Shown: in pieces, positions 16,704 to 25,112 of the stretch | Layout of the letters: every line of letters starts with the position of its first letter | Position numbering within the stretch: position 1 is the first letter of the stretch | Source: a virus | Lineage: Duplodnaviria > Caudoviricetes | Length of the DNA: 30,250 bases | Strand: one strand, 5' to 3' | IMG/VR virus record: IMGVR_UViG_3300043423_000103 | Coordinates: 1-30,250 of that record | The notes under the pieces: model-generated | Told to the model about the DNA's origin: nothing | What the model saw: the letters and a program-made list of their open reading frames with translations, nothing else | Database searches by the model: none | Made by a program: the position numbers and the translations under genes

Positions 16704-17141
16704 ATGGCGGAAGACATCCTTGAGCGACGGGAGCGAGTGTTACAGGCGCTTAATAGCGCCTTGCCGGAATTTTTAGCTGGACGCGCAAGGGCCGCGCACA
16801 TCGGCTCGCAAGGGCTGACGCTCTATATGCGAAAGTCTTTTCGTCTATGGCAGGGCGGTGCGATCCCTTGTCTCGACGTTGGGTCAATTGAACTGCAACC
16901 GACTTTGCGCGGGGCAGGCGTAGGAAAAAGAATCTTCGACAGAATAGAAGCTGTGGCGAGGGAGAGCAAGCGATGCGTTTATGTGGAAAATGTCCTTAAC
17001 CCTGTACTGGAAAGGCTCCTCTTAAAACGAGGGATATACGTGCCTTATACGCACGGAGGGAGGCCGGTTACGGAAGGAGGACTGTCCTACCTTGGCCTGA
17101 CCGCTCATCCTGCGGATTGCCTTACGGGAGTAAGTCCCTAG
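16704..17141 (+). CDS. GNAT-family acetyltransferase-like protein
   Basis: SIELQPTLRGAGVG (acetyl-CoA-binding RxxGxG) and VENVLN..L...L.KRG. Confidence 0.75.
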   Translation: MAEDILERRERVLQALNSALPEFLAGRARAAHIGSQGLTLYMRKSFRLWQGGAIPCLDVGSIELQPTLRGAGVGKRIFDRIEAVARESKRCVYVENVLNPVLERLLLKRGIYVPYTHGGRPVTEGGLSYLGLTAHPADCLTGVSP

Positions 17142-17900
17142 ATGCGAGTCCTAGATCTATTTTCAGGCATCGGCGGTTTTGCGCTGGCCGCCCGGTATCT
17201 CGGGTGGGACATTACGGCTTTCTGCGATAATGACCCGGAGTGTGCCGCGCTTCTTAAGAAGAGATTCCCGGGCGTACCCCTCTACTCAGATATTAAGGGA
17301 TTTCACTATGCGCAAGAACGTGAAAGACTGGGAACCCTCGACGTCATCGTCGGCGGATTCCCCTGCCAGCCCTTTAGCGTCGCGGGGAAGCGAAGGGGAA
17401 CTTCCGACGGGCGTGACTTGTGGCCCGAGATGCGACGAGTCATCCATGACGTGCAGCCCTCTTGGGTTGTTTGTGAGAACGTTGCAAACTTCATCCCGAT
17501 GGGGTTCCGTAGGACAAAAGATGACTTGGAAAACCTCGGTTACTCCGTGCAACCATTTATTATACCGGCTTACGCCGTCGGAGCAATCCACCTGCGCAAC
17601 AGGGTCTGGATCGTTGGGTACAGAGAAGGGTCTCCGCGTTCCGACCTGTACGGCGTCGGAGGGCATAGGGTCGGGCAGGGCGCGCTTTCGTGGCAGCCCG
17701 GAATACAGAGGTTCCAAGGCGTCGGAAGGGTTGAGGACTTGCGCGGAAGACCCGATATACCTGAGCCCCTTGTTCGCCGAAAAAATGATGGGGTATCCGG
17801 CGGGCTGGACAGACTTAAGCTCGTAGGCAACGCTATCGTCCCGGAAATAGCCTTGGCCATCTTCGAGGCGATAGATTGTACCGCACGTCAGGGAGGCTAA
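17142..17900 (+). CDS. C5-cytosine DNA methyltransferase, alpha chain (motifs I-VIII and X, lacks IX)
   Basis: DLFSGIGG (I), GGFPCQPFS (IV), ENV (VI), H.RNRVW (VIII), RLK.VGNAIVP (X). Confidence 0.95.
   Translation: MRVLDLFSGIGGFALAARYLGWDITAFCDNDPECAALLKKRFPGVPLYSDIKGFHYAQERERLGTLDVIVGGFPCQPFSVAGKRRGTSDGRDLWPEMRRVIHDVQPSWVVCENVANFIPMGFRRTKDDLENLGYSVQPFIIPAYAVGAIHLRNRVWIVGYREGSPRSDLYGVGGHRVGQGALSWQPGIQRFQGVGRVEDLRGRPDIPEPLVRRKNDGVSGGLDRLKLVGNAIVPEIALAIFEAIDCTARQGG
17308..17826 (+). CDS. Nested +1-frame methyltransferase beta chain carrying motif IX (172 aa)
   Basis: Stop-free +1 frame of 215 codons; AAGGGA SD 7 nt before ATG 17308; ends LSPLFAEKMMGYPAGWTDL (motif IX-type). Confidence 0.8.
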   Translation: MRKNVKDWEPSTSSSADSPASPLASRGSEGELPTGVTCGPRCDESSMTCSPLGLFVRTLQTSSRWGSVGQKMTWKTSVTPCNHLLYRLTPSEQSTCATGSGSLGTEKGLRVPTCTASEGIGSGRARFRGSPEYRGSKASEGLRTCAEDPIYLSPLFAEKMMGYPAGWTDLSS

Positions 17901-17912
17901 AGAGGAGGCCCT

Positions 17913-18755
17913 ATGAAACTACGCTTGGTCAGCGATTTACATTTAGAGGCGTTAGGCGTACATCCGCCGCCTCGTCTGGAGTATTTAGGCGAAGACGTAC
18001 TAGTTTTGGCGGGGGATATCATCTCCTCCGCACTGATTACGGAGTCCAGTTACGACCGATTTGTGGAGTGGCTGTACGCGCTTACAAAGTATAGGGACGT
18101 TATATACGTCCCCGGAAACCATGAATATTACGGGTCCGATCCGTACCTCACGGACAAATGGATGACGGAACTAGCGGCGGAAGCGCACGTCGGGTTATAC
18201 GTCCCGCCCCCGGCCAAAGAAAAACCACAAGGTGGCATAGGCGTGTACCGGTGCGCTAAAGGCCCGCAGGAGTACGCCATTTTTTACGGAACGCTCTGGT
18301 CGGAAATCGGGACGTCGCCTGACCTCCGATCCCGCATCGCGGACTACACGTACATCCACAACGGGGGCGGAGAAGTTATCACGCCGGACGATACACGTGA
18401 TAGGCATCGTAAAAGCGTGCGAAAATTAGTCGAGCTTCTTGCGAAAGAACCGGAGAGCACGCGGAAAATTGTGGCGACGCATCACGCGCCTAGCAAGCGA
18501 AGCGTTTCCGCGCGCTATACGCATAGTCCGCTAAACAGCGCGTATTACACGAACTTGGAGGCGGTAATGACCGAGTACCGCGTTGCTTTATGGGTGCACG
18601 GCCATATGCATAACAGCTCCGATTATGCGGTAGACGGAAGCCGTGTAGTGTGTAATCCTGCGGGCTACCCGGACTCTGCGGGCCAGCCCAGCAATCCGGA
18701 GTTTGACCCCCAATGTATAATTAACGTTAAAGCCATAAACAAGGACGTGTCATGA
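17913..18755 (+). CDS. Calcineurin-like metallophosphoesterase
   Basis: SDLH, LAGD, PGNHEYY, THHAP and HGHMH motifs; GAGGAGG SD. Confidence 0.93.
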   Translation: MKLRLVSDLHLEALGVHPPPRLEYLGEDVLVLAGDIISSALITESSYDRFVEWLYALTKYRDVIYVPGNHEYYGSDPYLTDKWMTELAAEAHVGLYVPPPAKEKPQGGIGVYRCAKGPQEYAIFYGTLWSEIGTSPDLRSRIADYTYIHNGGGEVITPDDTRDRHRKSVRKLVELLAKEPESTRKIVATHHAPSKRSVSARYTHSPLNSAYYTNLEAVMTEYRVALWVHGHMHNSSDYAVDGSRVVCNPAGYPDSAGQPSNPEFDPQCIINVKAINKDVS

Positions 18756-19099
18756 CAAAACAAGGAACGCTGCACCCGAACGGGGGATACTTTGAAGAAG
18801 GAAGAGTGTGGATAGCGCTCCCCGTGATCGCCTCGGCTACTGGGTTGGCGCACTTGGAGGACGCTGTGGCAAACGCGGTAAGCCGTGACGAGTATAGAAA
18901 TGTAGTCCGTGCTCAAAACGGTACGGTTTATATAAACTTTTTTCTAGTTGCTAATCTTTGCTTAAAGGTGAACCAAGTTTTTCCCGAAGGTGAACAAGTT
19001 GCGCGGGACAAAGTTACGGTGCTCCAGCTGTCCGTACTGGAGCAAATAGCGGAACACACCGCGCCTCCTCAGGCGCAAGACGCGCCGTCCTCACACTAA
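18752..19099 (+). CDS. Hypothetical protein
   Basis: 115-aa ORF with ATGA overlap and AAGGA SD. Confidence 0.7.
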   Translation: MTKQGTLHPNGGYFEEGRVWIALPVIASATGLAHLEDAVANAVSRDEYRNVVRAQNGTVYINFFLVANLCLKVNQVFPEGEQVARDKVTVLQLSVLEQIAEHTAPPQAQDAPSSH

Positions 19100-19124
19100 A
19101 CTATTTCAAAAAAGGAGCCTACCA

Positions 19125-19943
19125 ATGCACTTTACAACGGCTAAAGTCTTCCATCTAGCCCAGACCAACATAAACACGGAGAACGTGAAAGACTACCTGC
19201 GAAGCATTGGCGCCCCTGAGTGGACCACTGACGCTGCGACGGGGGCGGAAATGTTGGTTGAGGTAGCGGGACGCCGCTGTTACAACGCCTTCGGCACGCA
19301 CCTTAACCCTAACCTTACGCGCGTCCGGACGGGTAACGCTCCGTATATCGGTAACATCTTAAAATCAGGGCATGGGAGTGTTCTAGAGCACGCTTATGAT
19401 ACTTTTGCCTTTGAAGGGGTATCCCGGGTTTTCACGCATGAAGTCATCCGGCACCGCCACTTAGTCCCCGGCGAAGAGCTTAGCCCCTCGCAAGAAAGCT
19501 TACGATTTGTACGGCCCGTCACACTGGCGGCCTACTTCCCCGAGGTCTACGACGCGCATCTGCCGGCGGACGTCGCCGACAAAATCCGAGGAATCTTTGA
19601 GCGGACAGTTACCCATCTAGGGGAAGTAGCGCATGACTTGACGGAGCTTTGCGGACTAGACAACCCTGACATGCCGTTCAGTCTTAAAAAACTGTTTCAG
19701 GCGAGCAACAGGCGAGTAATGCCGGAGGGTCTATGTACCGGGATTATTTTGACCGGTAACGCCAGAACATGGCGACAGACCATTGAGCTGCGCACGGCGC
19801 CTAGTGCGGAAGAAGAGATGCGGGGGGTGTTCCTGCAAGTGGCGCGGATTCTAAAAAAGACTTACCCGGCGTTATACCAAGACATGCAAATTGTAGACTC
19901 CCCCGACGGGGAGTACGTGGTACTAGCCCACGGAAAGGTGTAG
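19125..19943 (+). CDS. thyX: Flavin-dependent thymidylate synthase
   Basis: AGR.CY, GH.SVLEH, SRVFTHE..RHR...SQES.RFV, GNAR.W....ELR....AE.EMR. Confidence 0.93.
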   Translation: MHFTTAKVFHLAQTNINTENVKDYLRSIGAPEWTTDAATGAEMLVEVAGRRCYNAFGTHLNPNLTRVRTGNAPYIGNILKSGHGSVLEHAYDTFAFEGVSRVFTHEVIRHRHLVPGEELSPSQESLRFVRPVTLAAYFPEVYDAHLPADVADKIRGIFERTVTHLGEVAHDLTELCGLDNPDMPFSLKKLFQASNRRVMPEGLCTGIILTGNARTWRQTIELRTAPSAEEEMRGVFLQVARILKKTYPALYQDMQIVDSPDGEYVVLAHGKV

Positions 19944-19952
19944 CGTAAACTG

Positions 19953-19975
19953 TTAGGGGGCGCTAAGCCCCCTAA
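19953..19975 (+). terminator. Hairpin downstream of thyX
   Basis: TTAGGGGGC-GCTAA-GCCCCCTAA perfect 9-bp stem; no clear U tail. Confidence 0.5.
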
Positions 19976-20009
19976 GCATATCCGATAAACTGAAAATTAG
20001 AGTGAAAAT

Positions 20010-20669
20010 ATGCCTATCATTGAGCTGGGGCACGTTGCCTTATCCCCCGTCCGAATCATTCTGATAAATGGACCCGACCGCTCCGGCAAAGATACGCTGG
20101 CGCGCTTACTCAGCGTATCCCTAGAGAGACAAGGAGAAATCGTCGAGATTGTGCGGTTGGCCGATCCGCTTAAAGCCGCCGCTGCCGCGCTGCATGGACT
20201 GCCTATAGATTTCGTCTTGGACGAACGGAAAGAAGAGCCGTTGGACGAGCTTAACGGTAAAAGCCCGCGCGAGGTTTGGGTCTCTCTTGCGGAAGAGTGC
20301 GTTAAGCCTTGCTGGGGACCGGAGTTTTTTGTAAAAACGGCAAAGAACGTTATCTGTCGTAGCGCTGCGGCGGCGGCAAAGGCGGGCCGACCGCGCACTT
20401 TTATTGTCCCGGACGTGCGATTTGCGGACGAAATGGAAACCCTTACGGGAATCCCGGAAAGCTCCACGCTCCTGATTAGGCTGGCTTCGGCGGGCACGGG
20501 CTTTACTCGGCGGAATGAGACGTATCAAGATATCGAAGGGATGGAAGGTTGCTTTTTCGTGATTAGAGAGGGGGATAATTACCGTGTACCGAGGCAACTA
20601 ATACGGTACGTGGACGGGGGTTTACCCCGTATGTCGTCGGAGTTTACCGGCGCCGACGCTCGGAGGTAG
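20010..20669 (+). CDS. Deoxynucleoside monophosphate kinase (phage dNMP kinase)
   Basis: NGPDRSGKDT P-loop, LADPLK, K..P...G.SPRE and PDVRF.DE. Confidence 0.85.
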   Translation: MPIIELGHVALSPVRIILINGPDRSGKDTLARLLSVSLERQGEIVEIVRLADPLKAAAAALHGLPIDFVLDERKEEPLDELNGKSPREVWVSLAEECVKPCWGPEFFVKTAKNVICRSAAAAAKAGRPRTFIVPDVRFADEMETLTGIPESSTLLIRLASAGTGFTRRNETYQDIEGMEGCFFVIREGDNYRVPRQLIRYVDGGLPRMSSEFTGADARR

Positions 20670-20675
20670 CGGGCT

Positions 20676-21641
20676 ATGGTAAGACATATTATGGCGGGTC
20701 CGCTGCCTTCTGTCGCAGTAAAAGGGAGCCGTAAACCCCCGCGCCTTCTCCGGGGGTGCCATCACGCGAGTAATCTATCGAACATCTGGGAAACCCCTTG
20801 CTTACAGGAGGTGAACCTGCGCATTGATTCCCTTTGCGGGGGGTCTCCGTCCCCGAATGATGTATCCCTCCCTCTTCTCCGCTCTTACTTAGAGGCGCTT
20901 AACTCGTTTGAAGAAGCCCACCTCTTTCTACTGAAAGATAGGGAATGGGCGGAACATGCGGCAAGGTATGTGCTGCTAAGGCTGGACTCCTTTTATGTCC
21001 AAGTAGCCTTGGAATTTCAGCAATTGTTTGCGGGACGGGAGGATACCGGCGGGTATAACAAGAATTACGAAACACTGCCTAAGTGGCTGGCTATCGCGCT
21101 TCGTACATGGACTTGTGTGGAGCTGCCCGGGGGAAGACGTGGAGAGCATTACGGCACGTCTTTTGGCGCGCACAACCCTACTACGCAAGCGCAATTGTCG
21201 GCGGTGGCCTCCGCCCTCCCGCTCGCTCACGAGCAGGCGACGCTAGACCACTTGCCCGAGAGTGTTGTCCGATGGCTGCTTTACTCCTCCGTGCAAGCTA
21301 CTTCCTGCGAGGACGCGCGATCCTCCGCCCCGGCGAAAGCGCGTGAAGCATGGGACTTGCTTGCAGAGGATGAGCGCAAATTTGCCGTACACCAACACAA
21401 AGCCAAAGACAAAGACAAAGACCTTAGCACAGAATGGGCGCGTTATTGTGACGTCAAAACATGGGTTCTTTGGGTCGGTCGCGCGGAGCAGCGGCTCAAA
21501 AACGCGGGCATTACCTTGCCGCCTAACTGGTTTACAAAGAGTCTTCCTGCGGGATTCTTGGAGACGGGCGCAATCATGCCTGACATGGAACTCATATGGG
21601 CCGCACTTGCCCGCAATAAAGGGAGGCGCGGCTATGTCTGA
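20676..21641 (+). CDS. Hypothetical protein
   Basis: 321-aa ORF with GGAGGT SD; no recognised motif. Confidence 0.7.
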   Translation: MVRHIMAGPLPSVAVKGSRKPPRLLRGCHHASNLSNIWETPCLQEVNLRIDSLCGGSPSPNDVSLPLLRSYLEALNSFEEAHLFLLKDREWAEHAARYVLLRLDSFYVQVALEFQQLFAGREDTGGYNKNYETLPKWLAIALRTWTCVELPGGRRGEHYGTSFGAHNPTTQAQLSAVASALPLAHEQATLDHLPESVVRWLLYSSVQATSCEDARSSAPAKAREAWDLLAEDERKFAVHQHKAKDKDKDLSTEWARYCDVKTWVLWVGRAEQRLKNAGITLPPNWFTKSLPAGFLETGAIMPDMELIWAALARNKGRRGYV

Positions 21642-22113
21642 TGTAAAACGCCGACCGTCCGGGTACAAAGGTCGGCATCCGCTTCTTATGCATGGAACGC
21701 TTACGTATCGCTTGTACTGTTTCATTGAAACACATTTTGGCTGCACCCGCACACAACTATCGGACGCGCTTGAGCTGGACTTGAACGCCGTAAGTAGACG
21801 TGTAGCGGACCTCAAAAACCAAGGACTTGTTTTCGAGCTTGGCCATAGAAAATGTACGAAGACGGGCAGAAAGGTGAGTACCTTAGCCGTTTCCGGGTGT
21901 AACATCACGGGAATCGGACGGCAAAAAGTACAAGTGACGATTCATGTGTATGATAACGGAGACGGGACGTTCCACACTACGACAGTTCCGGAACAGGGTA
22001 AGCCGCTTGTGTTGACAAGAACAGTAAAAATGTATATCCCTAATAGGGAAGAGCCTCCTTGTTTACATGCGCAACGAAATGGCGAAAGGGGGGACTATAT
22101 AATCCTAAATTAG
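21634..22113 (+). CDS. Winged-helix DNA-binding protein
   Basis: GGGAGG SD; G.TR.QLSDAL.LDLNAVSRRVADL.NQGLV.E.G.RKC..TGR. Confidence 0.8.
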   Translation: MSDVKRRPSGYKGRHPLLMHGTLTYRLYCFIETHFGCTRTQLSDALELDLNAVSRRVADLKNQGLVFELGHRKCTKTGRKVSTLAVSGCNITGIGRQKVQVTIHVYDNGDGTFHTTTVPEQGKPLVLTRTVKMYIPNREEPPCLHAQRNGERGDYIILN

Positions 22114-22121
22114 CCGGCGTT

Positions 22122-23642
22122 ATGACGGAAGCTTTATACGTGCCTCGGCTACGAATACTGATTGACGGCGTGTATGTCCAGTCCGGCAACCTCTCAGGGT
22201 CGAGCACGTACCATAAATATGTATCCCTTGTCCGCGAACTCACCGCTCGCGGACATTTTGTTTACTGGATGTTACCCGACACGGACTACACGCCAAACGA
22301 AATTGAGTCCCATCCGAACGTCGGGATTATCCGAACGGAACATATCACCGATCAGTTTGTGGTAGACGGGCTGATTACGGATAAGTTTTTTAACTTGTTT
22401 AACCGAATAGCGGGGACGTACCATATCGACGTTCTTGTCACTTGCCGCACGTCGCTGGCGCTAACATATAAGCGCACGCTGGAGTCCCCGCGTTTCTTCG
22501 ATGTAGAAGACGTTTTTTCCGATAAAAGCTACGGGCTGCCCGTCGTGGTCATTGAGGAGTTTCCGCAGACACGAAAACGCCAGTTCACCACACGTGCGTA
22601 TTGGTGGGCGCAATGTTTAGGCTATCTCGCCGCAGACAGTTCTATTTTCTTATCGGAGCATAACCGCACGGAAGTCGCGGACGCCATGACGGACACCTTA
22701 GCCGTCAGCGTTATACGTAAATGGACGGAACGCACGAAAGTCATTCCCGCCGGCGTAGAATGTGCGCAACTGGATAAGTTGTACACGCCGGACAGGTGGA
22801 AGGTGGAAAAAGGGTTCCAAGTGCTTTGCTTGGGGCGCCTGTTCGGGCCATCCTACATCGAATACGTGCCGTGGTTCGACTACCTGTTTAAAGCAGGAAT
22901 GTCGGACGTCTGCCTGACCATTTCTTTGTCGGGAAGACTACAGGGTCCGATGAAAAATAAGCTCAAACGCGCAGGGTTTGACTTTGCGAATGTAGGGAAG
23001 CAGTTTGTTATCCTAGAAAACAACCCGCGAGATAACTTTATCCGAATGCTCCGCAAGTTTGCGTGCTTCGTATGCCCGTTATCACATTTAGACCATCCGA
23101 CGGGAATATTTGAAGCGCTGTACATGGGGGTTCCGGGGATTCTCACGGAATCCGATTATCAGCGCACGTTTTTCCCTGATTATCCGTTTGTTATCCCTCG
23201 TAAGAAAAAAGAAAAACTGATCGGCACGCTGATGTGGATAAGGGATAATAAGGAAGAGGCGCGGAGGCTAGTTCTACCGTGGAGGGACATCATTAAGGAA
23301 AAATACAATGCGCCGTTATGCATAGGCCGACTGGCCGATGAAATAGAGAAACCCGCCCAAAAATACTTAAACGGGTACAGAACCCCGAAAGGGGTGCAAG
23401 AGATGGTAAATTCCCTCAAAGGAGCCAAATACAAACTGGACGACGTTTGCGCCTACGTGAACTCGTTGGCAAAAAACACTAACGGCGTTGTCGTAGGTGA
23501 CATGACGCGCCGCACGGGATTCACCTACGCAAGGGCGGCGATCAACCACAGCATGAAAGAAGCCGGCTACGTAGACGACTGCACGTCTCCCGAAGAAGTT
23601 TTTATCCGAAAAGATAAGTTTATCGCCTCTTTAAAAGGTTAA
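22122..23642 (+). CDS. GT-B fold glycosyltransferase (GT4-like)
   Basis: L.ARGH.V, IFLSEH, VIPAGV, LCLGR and FVCP...DHPTGIFEALYMGVPGI. ORF is open from 22059. Confidence 0.8.
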   Translation: MTEALYVPRLRILIDGVYVQSGNLSGSSTYHKYVSLVRELTARGHFVYWMLPDTDYTPNEIESHPNVGIIRTEHITDQFVVDGLITDKFFNLFNRIAGTYHIDVLVTCRTSLALTYKRTLESPRFFDVEDVFSDKSYGLPVVVIEEFPQTRKRQFTTRAYWWAQCLGYLAADSSIFLSEHNRTEVADAMTDTLAVSVIRKWTERTKVIPAGVECAQLDKLYTPDRWKVEKGFQVLCLGRLFGPSYIEYVPWFDYLFKAGMSDVCLTISLSGRLQGPMKNKLKRAGFDFANVGKQFVILENNPRDNFIRMLRKFACFVCPLSHLDHPTGIFEALYMGVPGILTESDYQRTFFPDYPFVIPRKKKEKLIGTLMWIRDNKEEARRLVLPWRDIIKEKYNAPLCIGRLADEIEKPAQKYLNGYRTPKGVQEMVNSLKGAKYKLDDVCAYVNSLAKNTNGVVVGDMTRRTGFTYARAAINHSMKEAGYVDDCTSPEEVFIRKDKFIASLKG

Positions 23643-23644
23643 AC

Positions 23645-24484
23645 ATGCCTCTTGTACTCAAAAAACGAACCGCACCCCCTTCCAAAGTAAAGGCCGCCGT
23701 GACTCCCGGGGAAACGGCCTCAACGACGGTAAAAGTGTATGACATCCCCATTGATAAGATCACTTTATGGGAAGAAAACCCTAACGTTCAGGACGATAAA
23801 ACCTTCGACCTTTTGGTCGAGAAAATCCGAACCGATGGATTCGACGAACCCGTTCACGTCGCCCCTGACCCTCGGAAGACCGGCTGGTACACGATGGTCA
23901 GCGGAGAGCATAGGTATAAGGCGGCAAAACTGTTAAAGTTTAAAAAACTTCCGGCGATCATCCATTACGACTGGGATGAGACGAAAAGGGACATCGAAGG
24001 GATGGCCCGAAATAATTTGCGGGGCACAACGGATCCGGAAAAATTCGTGCGTCTGTACGACAAGCTTAAGCGGGCGGGACTGGAAGAAGCGCTGATAAAA
24101 GCTCAGATGGGCTTTACCAAGGAGCAGGCGTTTAAAAAGCTATACGCCGGAGTTGAAAAATCCGTCACACCCGCACAGCGCAAAAAACTCCAAGACGCGA
24201 AAGAGACCATTAAATCAGTGGACGATTTGTCCGCCGTCCTAAACGGTATTTTCCGGGAAGGCGGCACGGATATGGACAAAGGCTTTCTTGTATTTTCCTT
24301 CGAGGGGAAAAAGCATCACTACGTCCCGATCGACCGGGACACGGAGAAAAGACTAGCGGCGTTGGAGGCCAAGTGCGCGGAAAACGGCGTCGCTATGGCG
24401 ACGGTGGTGAAAGAGTGGGTAACGAACGGAGTATCGAGCAATGCAAAAATTAAGGCGCCGCCCGCTAAGGCTAAACGTAAGTAA
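23645..24484 (+). CDS. ParB/Srx N-terminal domain protein
   Basis: IPIDKI...EENPN......F..LVEKI..DGF.EPV.V......Y.MVSGEHRYKAAK.L. Confidence 0.9.
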   Translation: MPLVLKKRTAPPSKVKAAVTPGETASTTVKVYDIPIDKITLWEENPNVQDDKTFDLLVEKIRTDGFDEPVHVAPDPRKTGWYTMVSGEHRYKAAKLLKFKKLPAIIHYDWDETKRDIEGMARNNLRGTTDPEKFVRLYDKLKRAGLEEALIKAQMGFTKEQAFKKLYAGVEKSVTPAQRKKLQDAKETIKSVDDLSAVLNGIFREGGTDMDKGFLVFSFEGKKHHYVPIDRDTEKRLAALEAKCAENGVAMATVVKEWVTNGVSSNAKIKAPPAKAKRK

Positions 24485-25112
24485 GCGGACGGACATTAGC
24501 CCGGCCGACGCGGATAAACAACGAAAGGATCAGGCCGCGATTAACATTGTACTCCGGAATCCGCGCTACTCCGCCATTGTGCTTAGCTTACGGGAAGGGC
24601 AGTCCGTGCCGGACATTGCCAAGTGGTTTGCCACGAACGGCTGGCTGGACGTATCGGAGCGCACGTTCGCTGCGGCGTTAAACACATTCAGGGCAAGAAA
24701 CATACATCTACTTTCCTCCGATTCTACGCACGCTCCGCTGGACGCTTTGATGGAAGCCAACAGGCCCGGAGTAGACGTGGAAGCGGAGGTGAACCGCCTG
24801 TATCGTTTGCAGAAGGAACGTATCTCCATCGACCTAGCGCATGAGCGCACGATGCGCAAACTTTTGCCCACTACCGCAAAAGAGTTTCTTGTAGCCGCTG
24901 AACTACTGGACAAGCTCGCCAAGATAAAGGGGTTAGGCGCTTCCGCTTCCGCAGCGGAAGGGGATTCCTTCGCGTCATTCCCTGCCGACGTCAGGGACAC
25001 CCTTCGCGGCATAAAAGCCGAAGAGGCGCAGGCGTCAAGGTTACACACGATAACGCATCAAATTGCGGAAAAGGTACTGGGCAGCTCTTATGAAAAGAAA
25101 GACGACGAATAG
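24441..25112 (+). CDS. Hypothetical helical protein, candidate terminase small subunit
   Basis: Lies immediately upstream of TerL and has an HTH-like N-terminus (GQSVPDIAKWF...VSERT). Function is inferred from synteny only. Confidence 0.5.
   Translation: MQKLRRRPLRLNVSKRTDISPADADKQRKDQAAINIVLRNPRYSAIVLSLREGQSVPDIAKWFATNGWLDVSERTFAAALNTFRARNIHLLSSDSTHAPLDALMEANRPGVDVEAEVNRLYRLQKERISIDLAHERTMRKLLPTTAKEFLVAAELLDKLAKIKGLGASASAAEGDSFASFPADVRDTLRGIKAEEAQASRLHTITHQIAEKVLGSSYEKKDDE

Noticed and set aside
21262-21633. Long N-terminal extension of the wHTH ORF as a second dual-coding region
   Set aside because: A strong GGGAGG SD marks ATG 21634, and the extension has no recognisable motif, unlike the methyltransferase beta frame.
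20676-21641. TET/JBP dioxygenase linking the methyltransferase to the glycosyltransferase
   Set aside because: No HxD...H...R double-stranded beta-helix pattern; the sequence looks mostly helical.
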